NCBI GenBank assembly: GCA_963748215.1
Contig: CAVVHS010000006.1
Span: 1 to 64,000 of the forward strand
Source of the DNA: an uncultured Gammaproteobacteria bacterium
Lineage (GTDB): Bacteria > Pseudomonadota > Gammaproteobacteria > UBA9214
Length of the DNA stretch: 64,000 nt
Direction of reading: 5' to 3'
The position numbers were made by a program, and so were the translations under genes. The notes under the pieces were generated by a model, which saw nothing but the letters and a program-made list of their open reading frames with translations, searched no databases and was not told the origin of the DNA. Positions 38,084-49,268 of the stretch are shown piece after piece; position 1 is the first letter of the stretch; every line of letters starts with the position of its first letter.

Positions 38084-40162
38084 ATGAAAAGGCTACTCCC
38101 TTCAGTCATCTGCCTGCTGTGCTGTCTCTTCGCGCCCGGCACCATCCAGGCCAATGATCCGGCCGTGGTCTCGACCGAACACGCGACGGTCACACTGATG
38201 AGCGAGCCGGCAACGGTCGCGGCGGACCAGACACTGTGGCTCGGGCTGCGCTTCGAGCTGATCCCGCACTGGCATGTCTACTGGCGAAATCCAGGCGCGT
38301 CGGGCACTGCGCCGGTCATCCGCTGGACGCTGCCGGTAGGCTGGGAGACCGGAGAGGTGCACTGGCCGGTGCCGAAGCGCATACGGGTCGGGCCGCTGGT
38401 CAACTATGGCTATGAGGATGCCGTCGTTTTACTGGTGCCTGTGCGTGTGCCCCCGGGACCGCTGCCTGCCGGCCCGCACACCATCACGGCTGACACCGAG
38501 TGGCTGGTGTGCCAGGTGGAGTGCATCCCTGAATCCGGCCGCCTCGCACTCACGCTCGATCACACCGGCAGCGGCACCCCCGCAGACACCGCAACGCACG
38601 AGCTGTTCAACGCAACCCGGGCCCAATGGCCCGAGCCGATCACCCTGGCGGGCCGCTACCGCCTGGAGGGTGATCGTATTTCGATTGCAGTCGGCCTGCC
38701 CGGCCTGTTTCCGCGCGCGCCCACCGACCTCTGGTTCGCGGCCGGGGAATGGGGGCCTGTCGATGCCAGCGGTGCGCAACGCTGGGAACAAACCGGGACG
38801 GAACTGTCGCTCGGCGTGGCGGCCGGCGACGTGCCTCCTGCGGGGGATAGCCCGTTGGAAGGCCTGCTGGTGGTCGAGTCGGAGCAGGGTGGCAAGACGC
38901 TGCGCAGCGGCTATCGCGTGCGGCTCGCGGCACAGCCGCCGGTACCCGGCGGTCAGAACCTGAACCTGGTCACCGCCCTGGTATTTGCATTCCTGGGCGG
39001 ACTGATACTGAACATCATGCCCTGCGTCCTGCCCGTGCTGAGCATCAAGATACTGGGTTTCGCCCGGGAAGCCGGGGCGAACCGGCTGCGTCTGAGCTGG
39101 CACGGCCTGAGTTACGCGGCCGGTGTGCTGGCCACTTTTACCGTGCTGGCAGTAATCCTGCTGGTGCTGCGCGCGGGCGGCGAATCGCTAGGCTGGGGAT
39201 TCCAGCTTCAGTCGCCGGTGCTGGTGACCCTGCTGGCCTACGTCATGCTGCTGGTGGGACTCAGCCTGTCAGGCGTCTTTTCCATCGGTGGCGGGCTGAT
39301 AGGTAGCGGCCAGTCCCTGATGTCATCCGGTGGACTCACCGGTACCTTCGCCACCGGTGTGCTGGCCGCCGTCGTCGCCAGCCCGTGTACCGCGCCCTTC
39401 ATGGGGGCCGCCCTGGGTTTCGCCATCACGCGCCCGGGCACGGAGGCATTTGCTGTTTTCCTCACCCTCGGTGCCGGCTTTGCCCTGCCTGTCCTGCTGC
39501 TGAGCCTGTTTCCCGCCTGGCTCAGGTTCATTCCCAAGCCGGGACGCTGGATGATACGTTTCCAGCAGACACTGGCCTTCCCGCTGTTCGCCACCGCCGC
39601 CTGGCTGCTGTGGGTGCTCAGCCAGCAAACCGATGCACGCACCTACGGAGGCGCGCTGGCGGGACTGGTAGTGGTCGCCTTCGCCGCCTGGCTGTACGGC
39701 CAGTGGAGACCGGGCGCGTGGCGACTCGGATTGCTGGGTGCCGGCACGGCAGCCGCGCTGGCGCTGGCGATCGGCCCGATGCTTTTATCCGGTTCAGCCG
39801 GGCATTCCCGCCCTGTCTCCGAGGACTACACACCCTGGTCAGAGCAGCAGGTACAGGCACTCACCGCAGCGGGGCGGCCGGTCTTCGTCAACTTCACCGC
39901 TGCCTGGTGCATTACCTGCAAGGTCAACGAGCAGCTGGCCCTGTCATCGGACCACATCCGGCAGCTTTTCGAGGCCCGGTCCGTGGCCTACCTCGTGGCC
40001 GACTGGACCCGGCGCGACCCCGCGATCACCCGCCAGCTGGAACGCTATGGACGCAGCGGCGTACCCCTCTACCTGTTGTTTTCACCGGCGGCCGGGGCGC
40101 CGGTGATACTCCCCCAGCTGCTGACTGAAGGCATCGTAGCCGAAGCCATCCATACACTTTGA
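38084..40162 (+). CDS. dsbD: DsbD-family thiol:disulfide interchange protein
   Basis: HWHVYWRNPG, WLVC...C, LNIMPCVLPVL, ASPCTAPFM, FTAAWCITCKVNE. Confidence 0.92.
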   Translation: MKRLLPSVICLLCCLFAPGTIQANDPAVVSTEHATVTLMSEPATVAADQTLWLGLRFELIPHWHVYWRNPGASGTAPVIRWTLPVGWETGEVHWPVPKRIRVGPLVNYGYEDAVVLLVPVRVPPGPLPAGPHTITADTEWLVCQVECIPESGRLALTLDHTGSGTPADTATHELFNATRAQWPEPITLAGRYRLEGDRISIAVGLPGLFPRAPTDLWFAAGEWGPVDASGAQRWEQTGTELSLGVAAGDVPPAGDSPLEGLLVVESEQGGKTLRSGYRVRLAAQPPVPGGQNLNLVTALVFAFLGGLILNIMPCVLPVLSIKILGFAREAGANRLRLSWHGLSYAAGVLATFTVLAVILLVLRAGGESLGWGFQLQSPVLVTLLAYVMLLVGLSLSGVFSIGGGLIGSGQSLMSSGGLTGTFATGVLAAVVASPCTAPFMGAALGFAITRPGTEAFAVFLTLGAGFALPVLLLSLFPAWLRFIPKPGRWMIRFQQTLAFPLFATAAWLLWVLSQQTDARTYGGALAGLVVVAFAAWLYGQWRPGAWRLGLLGAGTAAALALAIGPMLLSGSAGHSRPVSEDYTPWSEQQVQALTAAGRPVFVNFTAAWCITCKVNEQLALSSDHIRQLFEARSVAYLVADWTRRDPAITRQLERYGRSGVPLYLLFSPAAGAPVILPQLLTEGIVAEAIHTL

Positions 40163-40177
40163 AAACAGGAGAAAATC

Positions 40178-40786
40178 ATGTTCAAACGTTTTTTTTGCAT
40201 CCCTTTCATCCTCCTCGCCCTGTATGCCTGCGGATCGAGCGCCAACCTGCGCGTGGGCGAACCGGCGCCCGACTTCGAGGGCGTGGACACCCGGGGCACG
40301 GTCCATCGGCTGGCCGATTACCGGGGCAAGACCGTCGTGCTGGAATGGACCAATCATGACTGCCCCTTCGTTCGCAAGCATTACAACGCCGGAAACATGC
40401 AGGCCCAGCAGCGCGAGGCAGCGGCAGAGGGCGTGGTCTGGCTGTCGGTGATCTCCTCGGCCCCCGGCAAGCAGGGTCACGTGAGTCCCGCGGAGGCCGA
40501 CGAGCTCACCCGAAACCGCAATGCAGAACCCCGGGCGGTCATCCTCGACAGCGACGGCCGCATCGGCCGGGCCTACCAGGCCAGGACCACGCCTCATATG
40601 TTTATCATCGACGCCGCCGGTACGCTGGTTTACATGGGCGGCATAGACAGCATCACCACCGCCAACCCGGATGACATTCCAAAGGCCACGCAGTATGTGC
40701 GCGTCGCCCTGCAGGACATGGCAGCCGGCAAGCCCGTGAAAACACCGGTGACGAAGCCCTACGGGTGTTCAGTCAAGTACCCGTGA
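40178..40786 (+). CDS. Redoxin (AhpC/TSA-like) lipoprotein
   Basis: Lipobox LYAC, G.PAPDF, VVLEWTNHDCPFV, TTPHMF, YGCSVKY. Confidence 0.88.
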   Translation: MFKRFFCIPFILLALYACGSSANLRVGEPAPDFEGVDTRGTVHRLADYRGKTVVLEWTNHDCPFVRKHYNAGNMQAQQREAAAEGVVWLSVISSAPGKQGHVSPAEADELTRNRNAEPRAVILDSDGRIGRAYQARTTPHMFIIDAAGTLVYMGGIDSITTANPDDIPKATQYVRVALQDMAAGKPVKTPVTKPYGCSVKYP

Positions 40787-40812
40787 GTAGCCGGCTGCTC
40801 CGGCCATGACGA

Positions 40813-41022
40813 AAGGATGGTGGATATGACTCGCCGGCCCAAAATTGAGGGGGCTGCAGCGCTTCGGGCTTCGTCTGACGCACTTCGTTTCAGGTTAGTT
40901 AGCTAATGCTGTGCGGGACTGTCACGGGACCTGTCCAGCATCGTTGTGCGCTGTCCTGCAATTCTTGCAACGGGCGTCCCGAAATACATAAATAAACACT
41001 TGATGTTATGAACGGATAAGCG
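40813..41022 (+). repeat. Module end sequence, family B, copy 2
   Basis: About 170 bp nearly identical to 57403-57570, then a divergent AT-rich stretch. Contains TGCGGGACTGTCACGGGACCT. Confidence 0.92.
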
Positions 41023-41146
41023 GCATGGGGTGCAGGTGGTCGAAGGTTCACAAAATCGTCAGGAACGATTTTGAACGCCGCGAAGCGGCGGCCCCGCAGG
41101 GGCGACGGACAGGGATGTCCGCCGTAAATCCTCTCGCCCCGGACAA
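41023..41146 (+). mobile_element. att-like site 4: tRNA-Pro 3' half with the four-hairpin element inside the T-loop
   Basis: GCATGGGGTGCAGGTGGTCGAAGGTTCA-[41051-41125]-AAATCCTCTCGCCCCGGACAA. Confidence 0.88.
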
Positions 41147-41232
41147 TTATTCCCTTTACCACTCAGTTGGTTATAGCTGCTTTCTCTAACTGGTCTTGCT
41201 GTTCAAAATCGTCAGTGCGGGACTTTTGCGGG
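41147..41232 (-). mobile_element. Integrase-side module end, interrupted by an IS
   Basis: Matches 17286-17370. The second GCGGG repeat is cut at 41232. Confidence 0.8.
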
Positions 41233-41560
41233 TGTGGTCCGCAAATACACATGCAGCTTTCGGCAGCAAGCCGTATTCATGATTTAATCCACCCAGGACA
41301 GGGTGAGTTACAAGCTTAAGGTGATTCGGGATGCGATATCGATGTATTTGTGGCGAGACAGGGAGATCGGATGGTGGGTCCGGTATGCCTGGGCCAATAC
41401 TGGAATGTGACCGGCCTTTGTTGTAATACGTCACCCGGTTTAACGTGATACTGCGAAGGTGGGTTTCCGCTAACGGGATAAAGAAGTCAAGGCATTCGCG
41501 GCGGAGTGTGCCAGTTACGCGTTCACAGAGACTGTTGGCTTTGGGGCTTCGAGGTGGTGC
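41233..41560 (-). mobile_element. 3' remnant of another rve-type IS
   Basis: Begins TGTGGTCCGCAAA. Encodes PKANSLCERVTGTLRRECLD and YYNKGRSHSSIGPGIP..LGGLNHEY. Confidence 0.8.
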
Positions 41561-41611
41561 CCTACAGTATACCCAACTTCTATTACCGTGAAGCAGCTTG
41601 AAAGTAAGCGT

Positions 41612-43766
41612 TCAGTTATTTGCACCATACGGGCTCTTCGTCAGGCGCAGTAATGCCGCAGAACGGCCCTGCAGCGGATAGCTTTCACCGGTATTGAAGG
41701 TGCGGAGGTCAGGGCGTTTCCCGTTCGCATGGCAGGTGTCGATTTCAACATCCCAGCGGGCGATGCCTACATGCCCCGGCATGCGAAACGCAACCGGTTC
41801 CGCAGCGGCGTTGAGCAGCAGCAGGAAGGTATTGTCATGAATCCCGCGACCGTGTTCATCGTGTTCTTCTATCGCGTCGCCGTGCAGCAGAATACCCAGG
41901 CAGTAGGCGTGGAAAAGGTTCCATTCCCTGTCTGCCATTTCCATTCCATCCGGCCGCAACCAGAGGATATCCTTGACGTTTGCCCCCTTGATATGCCGCC
42001 CCTGGAAGAAATAGCGCCGGCGGAACACCGGATGGTCTTTTCTCAGGTGTATGACCCTGCGTACGAACTCCAGAAATTCGCGGTCGTGACTGTCTATATT
42101 CCAGTTGACCCAGCTGATCTCATTGTCCTGGCAATAGGCATTATTGTTACCGTTCTGGGTGCGACCGATTTCGTCGCCCGCCAGCAGCATGGGTACACCC
42201 TGGGAGAGCAGCAGCGTGGTGAGAAAATTACGCTTCTGTTGCCTGCGGGCATTGTTGATGTTCAGGTTTCTGGAAGCGGGGCCTTCCACACCCATGTTCC
42301 AGCTCAGATTGTTGTTTTCACCGTCACTGTTATCTTCCAGGTTGTCGATATTGTGCTTGTCGTTGTAACTGACCAGATCGGTGCAGTGTGAAACCGTCAT
42401 GGCAGGTAACGAAATTGATGCTTGCATACGGGCGGCGACCACTGTGCTCATACAGGTCGCTGGAACCGGTAATGCGGTATGCCAGTTCGCCGATCAGGCT
42501 GCCTTCTCCCTTCCAGTACGCGCGCATACAGTCGCGGTAACGGCTGTTCCATTCCGTCCAGCCGATCGGAAAGTTGCCGACCTGATAACCGCCTTCTCCC
42601 AGGTCCCAGGGTTCGGCAATCAGTTTCACCCGCGACAGCACGGGATCCTGGTGAACGATATCCAGAAACGCGCCGAACCTGTCGACGGCGTGTTGCTCGC
42701 GTGCCAGGGTCGGAGCCAGATCGAAGCGGAAACCGTCAACGTGCATCTCCTGCACCCAGTAACGCAGGCTGTCCATGATCAGCTGCAGCACCCGGGGGTG
42801 CATCATGTTCAGGCTGTTGCCACAGCCGGTGTAGTCCATGTAGTAGCGCGCCTGGTCTGCCACCAGGCGGTAGTAGGCGACGTTGTCGATGCCGCGGAAG
42901 CACAGCGTCGGGCCCATATGGTTGCCCTCCGCAGTATGGTTGTAGACCACATCCAGAATGACTTCGATGCCGTTGGAGTGCAGCCGTTTTACCATGGTCT
43001 TGAACTCATGGATATCACCGCTGGCAGAGTAGGCTGCATGCGGAGCGAAATAACCGATCGTATTGTAACCCCAGTAATTGCCGAGACCTTTTTCCACCAG
43101 AAGCCGGTCGCTGATGAAACTGTGTACCGGCATGAGTTCCACGGCGGTAACGCCCAGCTGTTTGAGGTGGTCGATGACCGGCTCCGTGGCCAGCCCGGCA
43201 TAGGTGCCCCGATAGGGCGGGGGTACATCCGGATGCTGGATGGTGAATCCCTTGACATGCAGTTCATAGATAATAGTGTCATGCCAGGGGGTACACAGCG
43301 GCTGGTCGTCCCCCCAGGTGAAAGCGCTATCGATCACGCGTGACTTGGGAACGCCATGGGCGCTGTTGCGGGGATCGGGAAACAGGTCCTCTGCCTTATC
43401 GCCAATGGTGTAGCCGAACAGTGCGTCATTCCAGCGCACCTGGCCGACGATGTCTTTGGCATACGGATCGAGCAGCAGTTTATTGGGATTGAAGCGGTGA
43501 CCCTGGCGGGGATCGTACGGCCCATGAACCCGATATCCGTAAAGTTGTCCCGGTCTGGCTTCCGGCAGGTAGCAATGCGAGACCTGGTCAGTTTGCCACT
43601 GCATGGGGATGCGGTTCGTCTCGCGGCGACCGCGTTGATCAAACAGGCACAGTTCAACCTTTTCCGCATGTTCGGAAAACAGGGCGAAATTGACGCCTTC
43701 GCCATCCCAGCTGGCACCGAGAGGATAGGGTTGTCCCGGCCAGACAGCGGTTGATGCACCATTCAT
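41612..43766 (-). CDS. glgX: Glycogen debranching enzyme (GH13); +1 frameshift near 42385
   Basis: [38 protein letters not shown], then [11 protein letters not shown] continuing as [10 protein letters not shown] in ORF 41612-42451. Confidence 0.93.
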
Positions 43767-43770
43767 ACAT

Positions 43771-45945
43771 CTATCCCGGCTGCAGAATGACGGCCGCGAG
43801 TGGTGGCAGGGTAAGGCTGATGGAATATGATCTGTTCATCCAGGGGAGTGATTCGGCTATCAGGGTGCTGCCACCATTACCCATATTGCTGCCGGCATAG
43901 TACGCAGAGTCTGAATTGAAGATTTCGCGGTATTCACCGGCCTCCGGTACGCCGATGCGATAGCCATGATGCGGCTGTGGTGTGAAATTGACCACCACAA
44001 CCACAAACTGATTGTCGCTGCGGCGCACGAAGCTGAGTACGGAATTGTCTGCATCATGACAGTCTATCCATTCGAAACCGCGCCAGTCGAACTCGTAATG
44101 ATGCAATGCGGGCAGGTCCTTGTAGAGCTGGTTCAGATGCTTCACCAGGCGTTGCACCCCCTGATGATAGGGATACTCAAGTACATACCAGTCAAGAATC
44201 TGGGCGCTGTTCCATTCCTGTCCCTGACCGAATTCCGTTCCCATGAACAGCAGTTTCTTGCCCGGGTGGCAGAACATGTAGGTATACAGGGCCCGCAGGT
44301 TGGCGAAGCGCTGCCACTCGTCACCGGGCATCTTGTTAAGCATCGATTGTTTGCCATGCACGACTTCATCGTGTGAAAACGGCAGCAGGAAATTCTCGGT
44401 AAAGGCATACAGCATGCTGAAGGTCAGTTTTCCCTGGTGATAGCGCCGGTAGAGTGGATCTTCGCTCATGTATTCCAGTGTGTCGTTCATCCAGCCCATG
44501 TTCCACTTCATGTCGAAGCCCAGGCCGCCGGTCCATGTGGGTCGGCTCACCTGCGGCCAGGATGTCGACTCTTCGGCGATCATTAGGACGCCGGGTTGTT
44601 CATCATGCACCACGATATTGAGTTCACGCAGAAAATCCAGTGCCTCCAGGTTCTCCCGGCCCCCGTACTTGTTGGGGATCCACTGACCTTCTTCCCGCGA
44701 GTAGTCGAGATAGAGGATGGACGCCACAGCATCCACACGAAGGCCGTCGATGTGCAACTCCTGCAGCCAGAATATGGCGCTCGACAGAAGGAAGTTCTTG
44801 ACCTCGTTGCGGCCGAAGTTGTAGATCAGTGTCGACCAGTCGAGATGCTCGCCAAGCCGTGGATCGCCGTGTTCGTAGAGCGCGGTGCCGTCGAACCTGG
44901 CCAGACCATGAGCGTCCTTGGGAAAATGCGCAGGCACCCAGTCGAGCAGCACGCCGATGCCGTTCTGGTGGCATACATCAACGAAAAAGCGAAAGTCGTC
45001 GGCTGTTCCAAAGCGGCTGGTCGGTGCGAAATAACCGGTCGCCTGATAACCCCAGGAAAGATCGTAAGGGTGTTCGGTAACAGGCAATAGTTCGATATGT
45101 GTGAAGCCCATTTCCCTGACATAGTTCACCAGGCTTTCGGCCAGTTGCCGGTAACCGAGAAACTCACCCTCCGGACCGCGCTGCCAGGAACCCGGGTGTA
45201 CCTCATAGACCGACATGGGCGAATGCTGCCAGTCGCGTGACGGCCGCTGTTCCATCCACGCCTGGTCATTCCATACGTAACTGGAAGGGCCGGCAATGAT
45301 CGACGCCGTACGCGGTCTTAATTCAAAGGCCTGTGCGTAGGGGTCCGATTTCAGAAAGATTTCTCCGCTTGCCCGGTTGCGGATCTCGTACTTGTAGAGG
45401 TTACCGGCTTTCAGGTCGGGGATGAACAGCTCCCAGACACCGCTGCCGCCACGCACCCGCATCGGATGCCGTCGACCGTCCCACTGGTTGAATTCACCCA
45501 CCACGCTGACGCGCTCCGCGTTTGGTGCCCATACCGCAAACAGGATGCCGGGAACCTCATCGATTGCATGTACATGAGATCCCAGTATGCGGTAGGCATG
45601 GCGATGCCTGCCTTCGCTGAACAGGTGCAGATCAAAGTCCGGGAGTTGAGGCGGAAAACTGTAGGGGTCATGTGCAATGTGCTCGTGATGCGCGGCATCG
45701 CGCCACACCAGGTGGTAACGATCGGGGACTGTTCCCGGTACGCCGCGCCATTCGAAGATGTCAGTGTCGGGAATGCGTTCCAGGCGTACATTACCTTCGG
45801 CAATCGTAACCTCGTTTGCCTGTGGCAAGTAGGTGCGAACCAGATCAAAGTCCTCTTCGCGGTGTTTGCCGAGCACGCTGAAAGGATCATGGTGGCGTGC
45901 CTGGGCAATTCTTTCGAGATCGTGTGTTAACTTGTTGCTCTGCAT
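43771..45945 (-). CDS. glgB: 1,4-alpha-glucan branching enzyme
   Basis: [49 protein letters not shown]. Confidence 0.97.
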   Translation of the reverse strand: MQSNKLTHDLERIAQARHHDPFSVLGKHREEDFDLVRTYLPQANEVTIAEGNVRLERIPDTDIFEWRGVPGTVPDRYHLVWRDAAHHEHIAHDPYSFPPQLPDFDLHLFSEGRHRHAYRILGSHVHAIDEVPGILFAVWAPNAERVSVVGEFNQWDGRRHPMRVRGGSGVWELFIPDLKAGNLYKYEIRNRASGEIFLKSDPYAQAFELRPRTASIIAGPSSYVWNDQAWMEQRPSRDWQHSPMSVYEVHPGSWQRGPEGEFLGYRQLAESLVNYVREMGFTHIELLPVTEHPYDLSWGYQATGYFAPTSRFGTADDFRFFVDVCHQNGIGVLLDWVPAHFPKDAHGLARFDGTALYEHGDPRLGEHLDWSTLIYNFGRNEVKNFLLSSAIFWLQELHIDGLRVDAVASILYLDYSREEGQWIPNKYGGRENLEALDFLRELNIVVHDEQPGVLMIAEESTSWPQVSRPTWTGGLGFDMKWNMGWMNDTLEYMSEDPLYRRYHQGKLTFSMLYAFTENFLLPFSHDEVVHGKQSMLNKMPGDEWQRFANLRALYTYMFCHPGKKLLFMGTEFGQGQEWNSAQILDWYVLEYPYHQGVQRLVKHLNQLYKDLPALHHYEFDWRGFEWIDCHDADNSVLSFVRRSDNQFVVVVVNFTPQPHHGYRIGVPEAGEYREIFNSDSAYYAGSNMGNGGSTLIAESLPWMNRSYSISLTLPPLAAVILQPG

Positions 45946-46530
45946 TGCAGTCCCTCACTTTTGTTTTGGTGCCGGTAGGCCGGATATTATGGACTTTCCA
46001 TGTATCGGAAAGACGCAAGCCGGCCTGGTAGCAGACTTTGCCTGCCTGTTCATGCTGCGCCATGCGGATGTATCAACGTATTTCTGGTGGAAAAATGCAC
46101 GTCACAACCGGGATGACGGGGTCAGAGAGAAATGAGAATAAAAGCGGTTTGACGCCGACACCCTGAATTTTACCTGTCACGGTTCAGACCACAGGTGGAA
46201 ACCGTCATCACCTTCAGCACCATTCCCGCACATTATGCTTCCCGAATACACATACCACACAACTGTCGTTGGTGATGAATAGTCCTTAATCGCGATCCCT
46301 GCAACCAGCAGCTCCCGGAAGGGTAGTATAATTCAAAGCAGTCTGTAACCTGCATCACCATTCTGAACGGCTGGCAGCGCTGGAAATACGGCGCGGCCCT
46401 CCCCTGCAGGTGGCCGGCATTCACAGCCCTGCCGGTGCGGATGTCTACCTGCATATCGAGGCCGAGGGGTGGCCTGGATCGATATGCAGAAGCGGGCAAA
46501 CCGCCCCTGCACAACAGAATTCGCTATTTT

Positions 46531-48639
46531 ATGAACAAGCAAAGCACCAGGTCATACTCCATCAAGCCCGGCAGCCGCTATCCGGCCGGAGCGACCCCCG
46601 TGCCGGAGGGGATCAATTTCTCGATCTACAGCCGGCACGCCAGCCGCGTCGAGCTGCTGCTTTTCGAGAGTGCCCGCAGCGTGGAACCGTTTCAGGTCAT
46701 CTACCTGGACCCGCGCTTGCACCGCACCTTTTTTTTCTGGCAGGTGCTGGTGGTGGATCTGCCGGTCGGGACGCACTACGCCTGGCGCATTGATGGCCCG
46801 GATGACCTGCACCAGTCGGGTTTTCGCTTTGACCGGGAGAAGGTCCTGCTCGATCCCTATGCCTGCGCCGTCACCGATACCCTGTGGAGCCGCGAGCAGG
46901 CCTCTTTGCCCGGAGATAACCTCAAGACCTCGATGCACGGCGTGGTGGTGGCTGCCGACTATGAATGGGAAGGGGATACGCCGCTCGGTTGCAATAACCC
47001 GGAACAGACCATTATCTACGAGGCGCATGTCGGCGGATTCACCCGCCACCCGGCCTCCGGGGTCCGGCATCCCGGCACCTTCCTCGGTCTGATCGAAAAG
47101 ATTCCTCACCTCCAGTCGCTGGGCATCACGCATGTAGAACTTCTGCCCGTCATGGCGTTTGACGAGCAGGACGTGCCAGCCGGTGTCATGGATCGGGGTC
47201 TGCACAACTACTGGGGCTACAGTACCCACAGTTATTTCAGTCCGCATCCCGGCTACTGCAGCTCGCCGGATGCCGGCTCGCATGTCCGCGAATTCCGCGA
47301 CATGGTCAAGGCCCTGCACCGGGCCGGGATCGGTGTCATCCTCGATGTGGTCTACAACCATACCGCGGAAGGTGGAGCGGGCGGGCCAGTCATCAATTTC
47401 AAGGGTATCGGCAACGAGACCTTCTACCATCTGGATCCCGCGGACCGCGCAAACTACCGCGACTTTACGGGTTGCGGGAATACCGTCAACTGCAATCACC
47501 CGCTGGTGGCGAAGTTCATCCTCGACGGACTCGAGTACTGGGTCAGGGAGATGCACGTGGATGGCTTTCGCTTCGATCTGGCCAGCGTATTGTCGCGCGG
47601 CGAGGACGGCAAGCCGCTCTACCATGCCCCGCTGCTGTGGAATATCGAGTTCTCCAGCCTGCTGGGCCTGACCCGCGTCATCGCCGAGGCCTGGGATGCG
47701 GCGGGGCTCTACCAGGTGGGGGACTTCCCCGGCTACCGCTGGGCTGAATGGAACGGGCGCTACCGGGATGTGATCCGCCGCTTCGTGCGCGGTGACAAGG
47801 GGCTGGTCGGCGAGGTGGCGATGCGAGTGAGCGGCAACAGCGATCTCTACCAGGCGCAGGACCGCCGGCCCATCAACAGCATCAACTTCGTGACCTGTCA
47901 TGACGGCTTCACCCTGCATGACCTGGTGAGCTACAAGCACAAGCACAACGAAGCCAACGGGGAGGAGAACCGTGACGGTACCAACCACAGCCTGAGCTGG
48001 AATTGCGGTGTCGAGGGCGAGACAGAGGATCAGGGTATCCTTGCCCTGCGGCGCTGTCAGGTGAAAAATCTCATGGCCATCCTCCTGCTCAGTCAGGGGA
48101 CGCCCATGCTGCTGGCCGGTGACGAGGTGCTGCGGACCCAGCACGGCAACAACAACACCTGGTGCCAGGACAATGAACTGGGCTGGTTCGACTGGAGCCT
48201 GCTGGAGACGAACCGCGACATGCTGCGCTTCACCCGGCAGATGATCGCGTTCCGCAAGCGCCACGCCTGCCTGATGCACACACGCTTCCTGACCGGGCAG
48301 GGGCGCGAGGGGCACCGCTTTCCCGATATCACCTGGCACGGTGAACAGCTGCACCAGCCGGCCTGGGAGGACAACCAGGCCCAGGTGCTGGCCTGGACGC
48401 TGGGCGCCATTGAATATGATGAAGGGGACCTGCACATCATTCTGAACATGGGGGATGAAGCTCGGCAGATGACACTGCCCGAATGCACCGGCCGGGGCTG
48501 GTACCGTGCAGTGAATACCGCGCTGGTGTCCCCGGACGATGTCCTGGAAGTGTCACGTCAGGTCGAGCACGGGGAGCCGGTCTGCCACGTTTCTCCCCAC
48601 AGCGTGGTGGTATTCGAGTCACGCGCGGCGCGGTCCTGA
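46531..48639 (+). CDS. glgX: Second glycogen debranching enzyme/isoamylase, divergently transcribed
   Basis: [46 protein letters not shown]. Confidence 0.93.
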   Translation: MNKQSTRSYSIKPGSRYPAGATPVPEGINFSIYSRHASRVELLLFESARSVEPFQVIYLDPRLHRTFFFWQVLVVDLPVGTHYAWRIDGPDDLHQSGFRFDREKVLLDPYACAVTDTLWSREQASLPGDNLKTSMHGVVVAADYEWEGDTPLGCNNPEQTIIYEAHVGGFTRHPASGVRHPGTFLGLIEKIPHLQSLGITHVELLPVMAFDEQDVPAGVMDRGLHNYWGYSTHSYFSPHPGYCSSPDAGSHVREFRDMVKALHRAGIGVILDVVYNHTAEGGAGGPVINFKGIGNETFYHLDPADRANYRDFTGCGNTVNCNHPLVAKFILDGLEYWVREMHVDGFRFDLASVLSRGEDGKPLYHAPLLWNIEFSSLLGLTRVIAEAWDAAGLYQVGDFPGYRWAEWNGRYRDVIRRFVRGDKGLVGEVAMRVSGNSDLYQAQDRRPINSINFVTCHDGFTLHDLVSYKHKHNEANGEENRDGTNHSLSWNCGVEGETEDQGILALRRCQVKNLMAILLLSQGTPMLLAGDEVLRTQHGNNNTWCQDNELGWFDWSLLETNRDMLRFTRQMIAFRKRHACLMHTRFLTGQGREGHRFPDITWHGEQLHQPAWEDNQAQVLAWTLGAIEYDEGDLHIILNMGDEARQMTLPECTGRGWYRAVNTALVSPDDVLEVSRQVEHGEPVCHVSPHSVVVFESRAARS

Positions 48640-48656
48640 ACCCTGTCCCTGGCAGA

Positions 48657-48819
48657 TTGATATTCAAGTGAACCTGCAGGTGCTCCCGCGAGCGTCTGAA
48701 ACTATTACCCGTTTTCAGCGAAAGCAACGGCTTGCTGGCGCAAGCTTGCGATAATTCCAGACCCGGAGGAGGGGTGTAAAGACCATGTAAACAAATAGAT
48801 AAGTGTGGTTTGCCAGTCA
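48657..48819 (+). repeat. Module end sequence, family A, copy 3
   Basis: Aligns by eye with 18177-18353 and 13043-13140, and ends at the tRNA fragment. Confidence 0.82.
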
Positions 48820-48866
48820 GCGCGGGGTGCAGGTGGCCGGCGCCTCAAATCCTCTCGCCTAGACAA
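48820..48866 (+). mobile_element. att-like site 5: degenerate 3' half of tRNA-Pro
   Basis: GCGCGGGGTGCAGGTGGCCGGCGCCTCAAATCCTCTCGCCTAGACAA. Confidence 0.8.
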
Positions 48867-48889
48867 CATTATATATATCAGAAACTTAT

Positions 48890-49105
48890 TTATATTTTCT
48901 CTAACCAGTCTCCCTCTTCAAAATCGTCAGTGCGGGACTTTTCGTCCGACACCCTGTTTGCGGGCGCAATCAGGTTGTGCAATTCGGCAGCTGAATAGTG
49001 TGTCGTGATCCGTCCCGACTTGTGCCCGAGCAGGTCCTGCCGATCTTCAAACGACACGCCCGCAGCCGGTAATCGCCGGCCAAAGGTGTGTTTGAGGTCG
49101 TTACA
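48890..49105 (-). pseudogene. int: C-terminal remnant of a tyrosine integrase
   Basis: NDLKHTFGRRL.AAGVSFEDRQDLLGHKSGRITTHY contains the box II region with LLGH and the catalytic Tyr. The rest of the gene is missing. Confidence 0.9.
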
Positions 49106-49268
49106 CACTAGCAGATAGTACGCCAGCCCCCAGCCGGCTGATTCAGATTGCACGACATACGAGATGATACACCCGTTAATGAGGTACCCGGTGCTGATCG
49201 GCAGACACCTGATCCTGGCACTGCCAAGCCAACTGAACCGGTAAAGCTGAAAAAGTGTTCGTACGTAT

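Noticed and set aside
46552-48435. Long antisense ORFs (627 aa here; also 24098-25474, 29685-31352, 25848-26918, 42381-43343)
   Set aside because: They are shadows of well-supported GC-rich genes on the opposite strand and show no recognisable motifs.
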